DNA of 64,000 nt from Schizochytrium sp. TIO01 (lineage: Eukaryota > Protista > Bigyra: Labyrinthulomycetes), in assembly GCA_004764695.1 (NCBI GenBank), contig SMSO01000007.1, forward strand, positions 682,001 through 746,000, given 5' to 3'. Position 1 is the stretch's first letter. Every line of letters starts with the position of its first letter. Positions 1 to 13,685 of this stretch are shown here, in pieces. The position numbers and the translations under genes are program-made. The notes below the pieces were generated by a model. That model worked only from the letters and a program-made list of their open reading frames with translations. It was not told the DNA's origin and did no database searches.

Positions 1-269
1 AGAATACGTACGATAAACTTTTGTAGCTCAGGAAATTCAAAGTGACGCAAATGGTTGTTGATATCCTGAGCTGTCAGAGGCAAGGCCATTAGCACAAAAA
101 CGCCAGCGATACTCCACCCCACCATGCGTTTTGACATTCCACTGTTCACAAGGATAACTCCAACAACAATTACAGCAACAAGTACCAGCCCATACGTGAC
201 AAATGTAATTGCGCTTGCAAGCCTTTCTGCACGCAAGTGTGCCAGGGTAAGCACTGACATAGCATCCAT
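1..269 (-). CDS. TMEM184/OST-alpha (Solute_trans_a) family membrane protein, 5' part only (runs off the window edge)
   Basis: Manual translation from ATG 269: MDAMSVLT...GWSIAGVFVLMALPLTAQDINNHLRHFEFPELQKFIVRI. This matches the TMEM184 N-terminal pattern AGxFVxxAxPxS..I..HL.....P.LQK.IxRI. Not in the ORF track because the stop lies outside the window. Confidence 0.8.
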   Translation of the reverse strand, partial: MDAMSVLTLAHLRAERLASAITFVTYGLVLVAVIVVGVILVNSGMSKRMVGWSIAGVFVLMALPLTAQDINNHLRHFEFPELQKFIVRI

Positions 270-1719
270 TTTGATGCAGTTTGGTTTTATTCTTAGATCG
301 TCGATGTCAAAACCCTTTGTGCGCAGGTTGTGGCCAACAACAATAGAATAAAGTGGTGATTCCTGTCAAACTTTCGAGTTATAGTATATTTTGACACGCT
401 CTCGGGTACTAGGAACCGTCAGCTAGGCAGAGAGTTCCACGTACTCGTCAAACCAAGTGCGAAAGTAGAATTGAGCTACACAAGACTATAAAACAAGCAA
501 ACTCTAACAGTGCTCCGATATTCAGGCAGTCATGCACATAAGCCACCCTCCTAAAACAGAGCAGGCAACCCCCACGACAGCCCCCGCCCGCGCGGAGCAA
601 GACAACAAAAGAACTGCTGGCAAAGTTTTGCCTGAAAGATTTCTTGAAGCGAGTGACTGATAGATCGTCTTTAACTTCTTGACTAGAATTCTCAATCGAC
701 TACTAGTAAGGCTACCAGTATAAATAACATTATAGATATAAGTACTTCATAGGACTAGTATCTTCACTGTGCCTCCTAGTATAGTTCTTCTCAAGTGTAC
801 GAAAATCTTTGAGTATTAATTATTTGATCAACGCTCAGACCCGTACTGTGCAAAAGAAATCTATATTAATGTTTGATCAACTACCGTTTTTTTAAATATC
901 CAGCCAGAACTTTGGGGACATAAACATTATCAGAATTTTTTGGTTTTTATTTGCATTTTTGTTTTTGTGGGACTTTCACTACCATTCCTATTTTAAGAGT
1001 AAGTGGGGGACCTAGGCTATTTATTGTGAAAAGGAAAGTCAAAGGCATGTATCGCATTTTTTACCTCACATTCTCATTTTATTTAAATTCAAAATTAAAC
1101 TCGAGTAAAAGCTCAAGCCAGAATAATAAACTCAATCCTATATTTTAGCAGAGAACTTGCTTTATGATGACGTTTATTTATTCTTTTATAGTCAAAGGCT
1201 CCCAAATCGCAGAATTTTTCTGAGCAGCAATCTTTTTATACAATTCTATTGGATTTTGGAGCTCTCATCAAGGATCTCAGACGTAAATTGTGTTAAATTT
1301 ATTCTGAAGTTTCTTGTAGTTTTTCTTCACTGAGTTTTAGACAAGATACCTATCGCTGATTTGTTGTTGTTTAAATCAGGGCTTGTTCTCTGTAATATTC
1401 ACGACTTCCTCTATTTCATGAGATTCTTCTTTTTGCTTTCTAATATGTAGATTTCAAAGCCATATATACGTAACTCTAGTCTAAGCAATTCATCGGTACC
1501 TCGCTGTCTTTCCAAAGTGAATTCAAATAACTTTTGTATCACATTTATGCTACATCTTGTGGATGTGGTTGCCTGCTTACTCGACCGATGTCTTTCGTAA
1601 CGTACTGCAGGCAGAAAACACAAGTCGTTTTTCCTCTTTTCCAAACAAGTACAATATAATTTCAATAAATCTAATTCCGCCTTGGTTAGTTTATGTACGA
1701 GCTAGATAGGCACCTTCTC

Positions 1720-3380
1720 GCGTTGCTGAGATCGCCAACTGAAGGATCGTGCGGGCAAGCCATCGCTAGGCTCTTGCTTGACATATCACTGAGGCTAAGG
1801 TGGCTTTAGGCGAGAACATCAAGATATGTAGTTGAGAAACCAATGACCCTTATATTCCAATCTTACTGATATCTGCAATAGAAAGCCTTATAGTCAAGGA
1901 AAACAGATAGCCTAGTCTCTTAACTTTTGCGTAATACACATGTTGTGTGTCCCAGTTTCTGAATCTAATCAAATTTACTCCGCAGTGGAATTCATTTCTT
2001 AGGTTAGTAGATCGCTAACTCTAAAAGCCTAACGTTACAAAGCCTTTGTCTCCGTCCAGTCAGTCAGACTCTATCTGATTACCCCCGTATATTTTGGCAT
2101 ACATACAATTGCACTATACAGCGCGATTATCTTTTGGGTGACCCGCTAGTTTCGGGAAAGCAAGCAATTTACTTCCAGCGTTTACCCCCAAGTCGGAAAT
2201 CTTCCATCATTAATTCTCGAACGATTTTACTTTCCCCCATATAGGCTAAAGATCGGCTGGAAAGAGGAAGCCGGGCTGCTGAATTATGCTTCGTAATGTG
2301 TTCTATAACAGCCTAATATATAAATACTGGAATCATTCAGTTTCGTTTGAAATGCCCAGCATTCAAATCTCTTTTCGACTATCTAGACTATAGCGAATGC
2401 TATCGTATAAGTGCAAATTGATATTGTATGCCTGACTGGGATATCCACAATTCCGGAGAACAAGTCTTCTTCCGATTATACCAAGTGACTCAATTTTTTG
2501 TGGACTGCCAAAAACTCTAGCGTTACAACCCTTTAATTAAAAAACTCGACAGTGAAAACGATGCTTGGCTTAAATTCATTGAATGTAAGTAAACAACATT
2601 TTAGCATAATGTATTATTGTTGAATTATTTATTTAGTTTGTGATTTCAATTATACAATATTGCTAATACAGTGAACAAGAGACGATGCTTAAGCAGTGCT
2701 GAGATCTCCAATCGAAGGAACTAGTGGACAAGACATTGCTAGAGTTCTTGGTGTCCCTTTGTAAAACCCAATCGCAATAAGGTTTACATTAGAACAAGAA
2801 TAGGCAGCCAGACTTATGTGGCTGCTGAAGCCAAGAACTAGAAGTGTGGATACACATTACCGACACCCAAGCACGGTGTAACTTGAATCGATGGTTGGAG
2901 AAGTTGAATTAACCTAACCCCATCGATTATCTCTAACTACTTTCAAGAATTTCTTAACCCCCTAATTACTACATGAATCCATCTGTCCTGGAATTCATTC
3001 CTCAGGACAGCAGTTCGCTAACACTTAAATCAACCTTATAACCTTCATCAAGCTTCTTGCCTTCATCTTTACAGTCAACCTCACGATAATCAGTATCACC
3101 TTTCAGCAAGCAGGACATATCGCGATTCTTTAAGAAAAGAAAGCTCGTGCTGAGTAATTTATGAAATCTAGATCTATGCTAAGAGGTATAGGTCTGACTT
3201 TGACAGATGGTACCTCCAGTGTTCTAGGTGTGGATTGAGCTTGGGTGTACGCCTTCCTTTTTGCTGAAATTAAAGAATCGCCGAACAGTTATAAGATTTT
3301 CGTTTGAAAGACCCTGGACTCACAGGAAGCAAAGCATTCATTGGGTGATTTGTTAATGTGGAATATTATAGCGAATGGAG
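1720..3380. repeat. Two highly diverged direct copies (~1 kb period) of a decayed coding-like sequence
   Basis: Colinear anchors: tgctgagatc..gaagga (~1724/~2696), ggaattcatt.ct.agg (1987/2990), tttcgtttgaaa (2341/3298), tatagcgaatg (2389/3367). No intact ORF. Confidence 0.6.
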
Positions 3381-6300
3381 TACATTCAAAATGCAGCTTT
3401 TCATAGAAATCGCCTAGAAGGCAACGAATTCAAAACTGTTGTATTCCTTATGTAGCCGCAGATTGTCCATAGGTTAGTTTACAGGGAGGGCCAATATATA
3501 GACGAGCGGCCACTAACGATATGCCGAGTTTTTAGCAAACCTTACTTCACATAGATATATTCTTGGTGCGCTTGTTTTAGGCTCATATGTCATGACCATG
3601 TTAGTCTTTATACAGGTAAACAGATATGGCTACAATAAGCACGACACGGAAATGACTTCAAAATCCAGAAAATGGTGGGTCATTGAAACTATATGAATCC
3701 TGAGAAAGAAAGCATTTTCCCCATCAGGTAGTTTAGAGAACCCGCTAAAATTAAAAACTACAACAATTGTACCCAGCATCTAGCTTTTTTAATTTTAACT
3801 GTTCTGTTCCTTCTATATGTAATCTTTATTTGAACAATTTTTCGTTCGAAATGTCCTCGTAATAAATATGCTATCAGAATGTTCTCGAGATGATGTCCTC
3901 TTCTGCTTCTCATTTTCTTCAATATTATGAAAGGCCGAACGAGCACAAATGACAAAAAGTAAACTGACGTGTAAGGGAATATTTTAAGGATGTCTCATTC
4001 TTTGCCTGTGAATTTTAGATGGGTTTGTACGTGTATCAAAAAGTTCATGAACAGAAAATAGATATGTCCTCCCTACGAAAGCCCAATTTGAGGACGAAAG
4101 TCATAGATTTGGCAATGATGCACGACCCATATTGGAGAATTACGAGACTAGGTCAGATCACGATACCAAGTTCTGAGATGCTACATAATTAGAAAGGGAG
4201 AGGGAGACCAACCGATTGTTTGGACTTAAACAACCATTTGCAAGGTAGGGTAGAGAAATGACCAGGATGGATTGGATATCTATATAATAATTAATACCAG
4301 CAATATTTTGCTCGCAATCGGCCCATCATCCATACTCGGTTTGGAATGTTTGACAATTTTCATTTATATATAATATTGTTATTGCTTGCTACTATTCAAA
4401 ATGTTGTTTGAAAGAAAGTATGCAAGAGAGTTAATTTAGATTACATTTTCACGTACGTAACGTGTTTGTTTTCGGAGGCAAAAAAAGTCAAAGAGCAAAC
4501 ATGTAATTATTTCACATATATTTATTTGTATTCTTTTCTGGGTATATTATATATATGCACTGTACTACCTGCTACCGTAAATATGAAAGAGACATCCGTC
4601 ATCATGTCTAACCTTCTACACTGTTACTCATTTGATGCATATATATGTAATATATATGCGCATATTTTTAAAAATTATGTACTCTACTCCTCCGTCTAAC
4701 GTAACGAAACACCACCACATAATAAATAAGAAAGATACGTCAAGTGCGTGATACAAACATTCATAATAATTGATTGATTTAATATTTCCAGACATGTTGG
4801 GTTCCCCATTGTGTAACAAATGTACAATGTTGCATTCAAGTCAAGTTCTCTAAGTTGTTTGTTGAATTTCGTTTGTTCGTTCAGAAAATAATACATCTTC
4901 ATAATATAGACTATAGTATTCCGTGCTTATAGAAAGAGGATTTTTGGATATTATATATAGTATAAGTGTATAGTTCGTTGAGCTATATAGTAGCTATGAC
5001 TTCCTTCACAATTTCTTAAACCAACAAGCTGAACATTCCACAATTATTTAATAAAATAAAGGTTTGAATTACATTCGTCCAATTAAGTTTATGAATAAAG
5101 CAATCCTTCTTTCTAAGTTTCAAACTCAAAAACACATGGAATTATGTAAAATAACACAATTTGTACAAAATATATACATTATACTTATTTATTTTTTAAA
5201 AAAACATTTTTTTAAAAAGAAAACAGTATATTTATTTTATTTTGATTAAATTTTATATTTATTAATATATTACTACTTTTTTATTATATTTATGATTAAA
5301 ATGTTATAAATATTGAGAGATTTTTGTATATAAGAGATAATCCTCTCCTTTTTTTGCATGTCGCTCCAACAATAAACATAGGTATACGTTATCGCCTCTT
5401 CTTCAAGAACTATACAGTCAAGTGATATTGTACTACTATATGACAGGTTAAAATTTATAATATGGATCGGCATGTACATAATATATGTGCTTTCATTGAT
5501 TGACTTGTTTTTAAAAATAATAAGAGAAGAATATGTAATGGAACCAACCATCCGGTATGTCAAGTTTGTATGTTCTTTTACAACTTACTACGAGGCTTTA
5601 ATAATAGAATAAAATAAAGCTTGGCTACAAATTCGCTGGTCCGAGGGTCCCCTGTGGATCCTTTTACTTGGTTAAAAACTATATATCGCTATACACTATT
5701 CAGGAGCAGCCTTGATCATACAATTACTGTTTCATAAATAATAACATACAACATATTATCCTAGCTAGAGTAAAGAATTATGTATAAAACTATATTTTAA
5801 ACTTATGCTGGCAATCAAAGATACCCGAACTAGACTTGAAGTGCACTACACAGGACTCGAAGATCTAGGCTAACTTGTTTCTTCAACCTCTAGTTCAGGT
5901 CTGCACTTAAATGTTGACTCGATTCTGTAATGAACATTCACTCCTGAATCCTCATAACCTTGCACCATTGAATCTGTTAGTCAAGCTCGTAGCATATACA
6001 ACTCTATATAAACTCACGAGTCACAATCGTGAGCTTAGAATTCTTCTAATGTTTTGCTTACATGCCTCTTCAAATGATAACTTTCAGAAATGACCTAATC
6101 TCTTTACATAGGTGTAGTACAGATCAAGTTATACCCTGACTCACTGGATATATTACAAAGAGGCCCGGTTGACATCATTCAACAGATCACAGCCTCTAGG
6201 AGTCTAAATTCTAACAGTCAAGCAGACATCTTATGTATCGTTGAAACCTGCACGCATTTAACATCATCGTAGAAGGTATCTTCTAGCTTATCGATATGAA

Positions 6301-6394
6301 AATTTCAGGATCAGGAGCAATAACTATACTGAAGTTTTATCAAACAAATCTGGATCCTTCCATGTAGGTAGTTAGTACACCTACTAAGACGTCT

Positions 6395-6605
6395 GGAAGC
6401 ACACATAGGAGCCACAGCCACAAGCTAATACATTAATGAGAATACTCAAAAAGAGATAGAATATAGAGAATTGAGCTTAGATCTGTACAAAACATCAGGC
6501 GAGGGTACAACATCTAACAACCAGGTGTAGAAACAAAAAACATAATTTTGGGAAGGAATACTCAACTTATCTTCTGATGTATGACATGTCTTGTGTGTGA
6601 ATATA
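6395..6605 (+). pseudogene. Possible relic of a Ty3/Gypsy integrase His2Cys2 zinc-binding region
   Basis: Broken-frame peptides AHIGATAT, QPGVET, FWEGI and MTCLVCE resemble the HxG..xT...yWxgm...CxxC pattern. Many stops. Confidence 0.3.
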
Positions 6606-7424
6606 TCGAGAGCTTTCTCACAGGGCCTTGATTAGAGTAAGGAGCAGCTACTTTAAATTAAACAGAGAAGAGTAACTTTAAAACAGCCTTCCTGAGAAAC
6701 TGTGATCTATTATTGACAAAAGAAAGCATCAGTCTGCACTTCCCTGGCAGAGCTGAAGTAAATTAAAACGAAAGAGCGATTGGGTTTTGTTTGGGGCTTA
6801 TCATGTTTTTTTATTTATTTATTGTGTAAGGTACAAAAAAATGATTAACAACAGATTCTGAGCAGGTGCCTATGACGAAAATATATTGTACCATGTTACC
6901 TGGTACCTTTTTTATTTTTTATTCAAGGCCTCACTCTCTCTCTGAGAGCTCTATTAAAAACTTTTTTATAAAATATATTAATTAAGTTTAATTAAAATGT
7001 TTAAAAAAATAAATCATAATAAGAATAATAAGAGAAAAAAAGCATTGTTCTAGAGCTTTGTTTTACTTTGCGACATACATAATTGTTCGTTCACTCTCCT
7101 CTCTTTTCATACCAGTTGCTATATATTAAGAGGTACGTGGATATTAAAGTAGAGAGTATCTATCTATCTCGAGCACATCAACAGCCATAGCATAGCAGAC
7201 TGCGTTTGATTCTCTAGAGATCTTCATTTGTTCCGAGCTTAGAGAAGTGACACGGCGCTGGAGAAGCGAGCGTGAACGCACAAGGGGAAGCAAAGGTGCA
7301 ACAAGGACTTAGGGGCCTTTGTTGTTCGAGTGGGTGACGCAAGGAAATAGAGAAAAAAGATTGCAAGCAAAGGCTTTTCGCCTCATCGTAAGAAAAGACA
7401 AGCCAAGCGAGAAGCGAAAGGAAG

Positions 7425-8708
7425 ATGTCTTCTGTTGCTAAGGCGATTCGTGAGAACACCGCCTCTGAAACCTATGATCTCAAGGGCCTGAGCCAAGAAC
7501 AGGCCACCGAGGTTATCGATGCCGCCTTCAAGGACCCATTAAAGTTGTCAGAGATGGTCAAAGTGACGCTGACCGTGGGCGCTGGCAAACTCAATCGTGC
7601 CAAGTATGACGACGAGCTGCCAAAGTGGGTGTGCAATGCTCTGAAGGACCTTGGATTTGAAGATGACCGCGGCGCAAGTCTTTCCATGGAATGTGCAGGA
7701 TCATTTAAGTTCCAGCATGACACTGGTAAGAATATGAAGTATGTCCACGTGTTTCCGCGTGTGGAAAGTCCCGAGGGCGACAACGAAGACGGTGTAGGAA
7801 ACGACGGAGGTAATGGCGAAGGAATTCGCCGTGGAGGTGCACCGCTATCAGCAGAGTGGCTGTGTATTGCTTCGCAAATGCCCACGTTTGAGCAAATGGT
7901 AGCATCCAAGATGCCTGCTTGGATTGAAAAGCGTCGATGCTCTCAGATGCTTAAAGATCAGATTGAACTGTTGCATGGTGCACAAACCAAGCTTGCGTCC
8001 CGCGAGGAATTGAGCGAGCGTGAGCAGCAGCTCGTAAACGAGGCCGATGAAGATCTTTTGCAACAGAAAATCACATATTTGGTAGACCACATGAAGAACA
8101 TGGTGGAAGACGGGAAACTCACTGCAGCGGAGAAGGAGCTTGTTCTGGAGCAGGTGACCCAGAAGATTGATGGAGCAAAGTCTCAGCTTGATGCGTGTGG
8201 AGCGGACCAAGAAAAGAAGCGGACTAAGCTTGAGGCAGGTTTGAAGGCTGCGACTGAGCGCAAGCAAAAAATCTCTGCTATTAGTCCTATCACACACAGC
8301 GTGAGCAACCTTAAAGATCTACGGACGATTTGGAGAGCTCTTGTGCCTTTGCAAAAGCTTCTGGATAAGGCTGGTCCTAAGGGTGCTTGGAGTGCCAAGC
8401 TCACACCTGCGGAGGCGGAAAAGCTCGCAGAAAAAGAGCCTCTTGAGGAGAAGGAGAAAGGACTGCTTGCTGCGTCACAACACTGGTTTGAGACTGAGGA
8501 AGAGTTTGATACACGGGTTGGATCTTGTAAGGATACTTTTATGTCTTCCATCAAAGCTACAAAAAAGACTGGGGCAAAACCTCCTAAGCCTCCAGCAAAT
8601 GATGGTTGGGCGACTGTTGGTTCTGTGAAGAAGAAAAGCGCTTCTCGTGGAGGGTCAAGTAGTGGAGCTAAGAGCTCTGGAAACGCATTCGCAGCCCTTA
8701 TGGATTAA
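7425..8708 (+). CDS. Hypothetical protein, 427 aa (globular N-terminal domain, coiled coil, basic low-complexity tail)
   Basis: Long single-exon ATG ORF with coding-like composition; no family recognised with confidence. Confidence 0.8.
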   Translation: MSSVAKAIRENTASETYDLKGLSQEQATEVIDAAFKDPLKLSEMVKVTLTVGAGKLNRAKYDDELPKWVCNALKDLGFEDDRGASLSMECAGSFKFQHDTGKNMKYVHVFPRVESPEGDNEDGVGNDGGNGEGIRRGGAPLSAEWLCIASQMPTFEQMVASKMPAWIEKRRCSQMLKDQIELLHGAQTKLASREELSEREQQLVNEADEDLLQQKITYLVDHMKNMVEDGKLTAAEKELVLEQVTQKIDGAKSQLDACGADQEKKRTKLEAGLKAATERKQKISAISPITHSVSNLKDLRTIWRALVPLQKLLDKAGPKGAWSAKLTPAEAEKLAEKEPLEEKEKGLLAASQHWFETEEEFDTRVGSCKDTFMSSIKATKKTGAKPPKPPANDGWATVGSVKKKSASRGGSSSGAKSSGNAFAALMD

Positions 8709-9580
8709 TTTTAATTCATTATCTATTCCCGATCTGTTGTATACCATTGGCTTTTTCAGCAGCGCAATCAAATGTTGTGCTATTTTAGGGTAGTGTGGAT
8801 ATACATTTCCAAGTTGCCATACAGTCTTGTTGCATTGACGTTTTGGCCAAAATGCAGGTGCATGTTGCGAGGTTGTGACATAGCTACAAACACAACTTTT
8901 CAGAAAATCTCTATTTTAAATATTTCGTGCTCCTTACGCGCCGCGCCCTTGCACGGACTTCGGCTTTAATAAAATCATCATAGGAAAAGGATAAAATCAA
9001 ATCACATATTCAATTCTTAAGAATTGTTTCTTCTTTCTTAAAGTCAAGATGATTATTACCTGCAATGTAACTTAGTTTGGATTGGGTGCACAAGGTGATT
9101 TGGATATTTAAGTCCACTGCACTTGTACTATTCCCCCCCCGTATTATTTTTTGTTTGTTTGTTTGTTTGTTTGTTTGGGAGGTTGTTTCAAATGCAGGAT
9201 CTGGACGAGGGAAGAGGACCATCTTTTATATAAAATGTAGTAGCGTCAGGGGGTGCTGATGTTGTTCTGAATGCTCAATAAGGATGACGATATGGAAAAA
9301 TTAAGACCCGCACATGGATATTTCCCTACTAAATACAATATGGGATATGGCGTGCTCAACATTTTGAAGGAATTACAGGATTTAGTACAGAAGCTAACTT
9401 GGTGATAAAGCATGATCATGTGCACTCTCAGATTTAAATTTGTTGCATGGTGAGCATAAAAGTTAGAAATCCCTGCATTACTTTTCAAATGCACTTGTGC
9501 ATTGTGTAGAACTAAAATAAAGCATCGGGAACAATTTGATATCAATTTGGCTAAATTTTATTCAGAATTGCATATACGGC

Positions 9581-10381
9581 CTACAAGTAAAAGCCGTAAG
9601 CACCTGCAAGGCGAGCTTTCAGGGCAGGTTCTCCGTCATGCTGGACAGCTCCATTAACAGGTTTGCCATGCGAAAAAACCAGACGATGAATACCTCTTAT
9701 TGCCATGACTCGCTTAGCCGATTCCCTAGTGGCCTCACGGTCCATTACTCTAAAGCCAATTTGATTAGCTTGAATGCCTTTGATGACCCCAAGGCTTAAC
9801 TTCTCTCCAACAACTAAGAGATGGTCCGTAATGAAAAGGGTTCCGCTGGGGGGATGAAAAACCACAACCTCAACGCGAGGTGAGTTACTTGGGCGCAGGC
9901 CTGGTTGACGACTGCCAAGCCAAGGAATCAGTTTCAGGGTGTCTTGCGAGATTTCCTCTAGTGACGGGTTTTCTCTATCCAAGATTTCAAGATTAGTCGT
10001 CAAAATCTCGGGATTGACTTTGCAAGGACGTTTACTTGCCAGAACGGTCTTAGCTTCAGGGAAGCGGTCTTGCCAAGCACGAAGTGAAAAATGATGCCAG
10101 TCTCCAGGAGAGATTAGCCATTTTAGTTGCACTTCTTGAAACTCGCAAAGTTCTTCTACAGCTCGAAAGCCATCGTCGTCGAGATCTGTAGGATTAATCA
10201 CAATCATTTCCTTACGACTCGGGTCACGGATAAGGATTGCGTTGTTGTCAATTGGAAGAGCACCAAACATGTAAAATGGAGAGTGGAGTAGCCACAGGTC
10301 TTCAGCAAGGGGGAAAGGCCGCTTCTCACGCACGCAAGCGAGACCCTGTGTTCCGTTCGTACCTACCTCATCCCCTGACAT
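9581..10381 (-). CDS. DUF4336-like / metallo-beta-lactamase-fold protein
   Basis: Motifs LISPGDWHH, EVVVFHPPSGTLFITD and LVFSHG are typical of DUF4336/MBL-fold proteins. Confidence 0.7.
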   Translation of the reverse strand: MSGDEVGTNGTQGLACVREKRPFPLAEDLWLLHSPFYMFGALPIDNNAILIRDPSRKEMIVINPTDLDDDGFRAVEELCEFQEVQLKWLISPGDWHHFSLRAWQDRFPEAKTVLASKRPCKVNPEILTTNLEILDRENPSLEEISQDTLKLIPWLGSRQPGLRPSNSPRVEVVVFHPPSGTLFITDHLLVVGEKLSLGVIKGIQANQIGFRVMDREATRESAKRVMAIRGIHRLVFSHGKPVNGAVQHDGEPALKARLAGAYGFYL

Positions 10382-10551
10382 CGTTGGCTCAAAGTTTTCA
10401 AGAGAGCACTTTGTTCTTTGGTTTTCGTTGAATAAAATATTGTACTGGACTTCAGCAATACAAGCAAGTCAGGTGGGATTTATTTTAGTCCGTCGTCCTC
10501 TTCGCCGTAAAGCTTGCCGATTCGTTCTTGGTCTTCTTGTAGATTTATTTT

Positions 10552-10610
10552 CTTACCTACGTACCTACGTACCTACGTACCTACCTACCTACCTATACGT
10601 ACGTACCTAT
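10552..10610. repeat. Compound (TACC)/(TACG) tetranucleotide microsatellite
   Basis: tacctacgtacctacgtacctacgtacctacctacctacct... Confidence 0.85.
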
Positions 10611-12829
10611 ACATGTAAATACTTACTTGACCTACTACTAGTATATGTCAGCAAGTGTACATACAAACTACGCAAGCCTGGTTATCACCCAAGCGTATGC
10701 GAAGCCTCTGTATAGGTAAGTAAGTACCTATTTATAGTCCTCGGCATCCGTAAAATATTCCTATGCAGCAGGCAGACTTAGAGGCACTACGCAGAAATAC
10801 AGTTATTAGAAAATTGCGTTCATTTTCTGTACATCTGTATGTTCCAGGTAGTAAAAGATCGCAAGATAGGTTGATCAACAAATTAATTCGTTTTTTTTCT
10901 TCTGGGCTTTTCTTAAAGGAGGCTGAAGTTAGGAAAGTAAAGGAATACCAAAGCTATCAATTTCAAGAGCAGGAGTGTATGGATGTGAGCTACATAAATA
11001 TGATTACCTATTAGAAAGGCTTATAAGATTTTGCCCATTCCTTTTAAAGAAAAAAAATTAGTTCTCAGCTATTCCAGCAAATCAGTCAAACTCCCGAAAA
11101 AAATGATAGAAAGACGTAGTTGCTTGAATTCATGCCTTTATGGTTTTTATGTGGTACACTTGCCCATGGTGGGTTCTTTGTAAGCTCTTGCATTTGTGAA
11201 CACGTGCTCCCCTAATTGTTGGAAGACTTGATTGTTCTAGTATTTATGAATTAAAATGAGGAAAACGTTGAATGCACGAAATGGAATAAATGGTATATAG
11301 ATTTGGATGGCCTACTAAAGCTTTGCGAATATATCATTCTTGCGATGGATATCCCTCAGGGCCAATTTATCGTGTTTATAAAAATTCAAACTTTCCAGCG
11401 GGTCAATTTATATTGCCTAAGAAAAAAGGTTGTTTTCAGGGTTTTGAAGAATCGAGTTGCTTAACAACACTAATCAGGACTTACATTGCATCCAGAAATA
11501 CATATTTCAGACTGTAAAGCCTTGTCGTGTTTTTTAAAACCACCAAAGGTTACAGAGAGTACCAAATAGATAGTATTAGCAGAGACTGGGTTAACCACAA
11601 CGCAACACGAGTCTTGAATCAGTTGTAGCCCTCATATTTGACATTCTTCTTAGTATTTCGCTTCGTTCCTTCCTGCTTGGTGGTAAGTTTTCGCCTCTCA
11701 TCTTCACAGACTGATATACGTCGAGTTCATGAACATTTGTCCAAGTTAACTAAAAAGGACAATGTTAGCTTCTGAGTAGCGAGAACCCTTTCTTTATATA
11801 TTGTCGTTTTCGGGTACCTTCTAGTGCTCTCAGGCTGGTGAAATCATAACTAACGAGGGAGGTACTTACTGAAGATGTTAAAGCACTTGATGCTTATTTG
11901 TCAAAGGTTCAACTTGCTACTGTGGTAGTAATATTTAGAACCTAATGTGTTCTCACCTCAAGTTTTACCGTAGTCAAAGGGTTGGTAAGGTAGTAGCCTC
12001 CCTCGGAGTGAATCTGCCTGATGAAGCAATTTATCGAACGTTAGTAATATACGAATATTCGTTTACTCCTTAGGTGCTGCTTAGGTTACTGTTACTATAG
12101 CTCTTATTGCTACTCCTACTATACTTTGTATTATTAAGTAGATATTGTAAATTGTATAGGTCTGAGTAGTGGTCAGCTACACAGGTAGAAGATACCTAGC
12201 TGCTAATATATAATAGATAGGATAGTTTGATAGGGAAATAATAATAGGAAATAGAAAGGAAGAGAGCGAAGAGTCTGTCAAGCAAACGTGGATCATCTAA
12301 CCAACGGCGCAAAGCGTATCCCAAGGTGCGTACGAGAGAGAAGGATGGGCGCGGTGATACGGTGAAGGACTTCATAGGCCTGCGGCGCGACAGTAGATAG
12401 ATATGTCCAACCCTTACCTCTGTTCACGATCAATATTAGAGGCCTGTCCGTGTATAATCTATCTACCTAGGGAAGCACAACGGGGCTTACTTCGCACAAA
12501 CTAAGTCGCCTCAGCAGCCGGTGGGTAGATTATCAATATCTACAGATTTGCTCTTATCTTGGGGTGGAAACATTCGTATCATTTGTCACAGCCTATGTAG
12601 AATTGCTCACTTGAATACGAAACCTCCTTTGTCGTATGCTCGCTGTGTACGAGCATCGTTAAGCCTGCAATTATTTTGATCGTGGATTTAAAATGGCGTG
12701 TTTCATGACTAACTCAATGTGAACTTTATCTATTACCATTCGTTGATCCTTTCAACCTGATGTAATGCACTCCTCAACGTAAAATAGGTAGTTCTGACTT
12801 TTGTTTAGAGACATTGTTAATTTAGAAAG

Positions 12830-13685
12830 ATGGCTCGTCGCAAGTCTCAAGGAAGTGCCGGTGCTCCTGCCGCACCTGCTGGTGGTGATGCTGTCGCTAA
12901 GCGTGGTGGTGCGCAGCAGAAGAAGAAGACAACAACTACTCCCAAGAAGCCGGCTAATGCCCCCAAGGTACGTTTCCAGAGGATTTCATCTAGCAGTAGC
13001 GTCATCAATTTACCATGTAGGAACTCGTGAGGTTACACAAAATCAAAGAAAAGGCTTAACTGGTCAACCTTAGAAACGAAGAAGAATAAAAGTCCCTCCC
13101 CTCAAAAAGAAAGACACTGACGATCTCTTGTGTAACATTGGAAATTCTTTTTGAATATAGGCACCTGCTCCAGCAAGCGGCAGCAAGGGTCGTAACCGTC
13201 GCGGTCGCGAAGCTCGCCATGACCCTCTCAAGGGGGGCCGCGCCGGTGCTGGTGCTAGCGCTGTTGCTGGCAAAAAAGCCAATGCGAACAAGAACAACAG
13301 CAACACCGCGACAAAGCCCGGCAAGGGTGGTAAGAAAGGTGGTCCTGGCAAGGGCGGCAAGAAGGCCAAGCCTACGTCGGCTCCTCGCCAGACCAAGACC
13401 CAAGATGATCTTGACGCAGAAATGGAGAACTATTGGAGCAAGAGCGAGGACCCTGAGCTCAAGGCTCGTGCCCAGCGTGAGCGTGAGGAGCGTCTGAAGG
13501 CCCGGGAAGCTAAGGCTAAGGAGGCCATGGACGCTGACATGGATGCTTACTGGGCTGCTAAGGAGAAGAAGAAGCAAGAGGAGGCTGCCGCAGCTGCTGC
13601 TGCCAAGGAGGCTACTGAGGTGACGGAGGGTGTTGCTTCCGAGATTGCTCCTGCCGCAACAGCGCCGGCTGCTGAGGCAAACTAA
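12830..13685 (+). CDS. CHTOP/FoP-duplication (UAP56-binding motif) protein; join(12830..12967,13161..13685), 220 aa
   Basis: Donor AAG|GTACGT at 12968 and acceptor aatatag at 13160 keep the frame. K/G/R-rich region, then two motifs KTQDDLDAEMENYW and EAMDADMDAYW. Confidence 0.75.
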
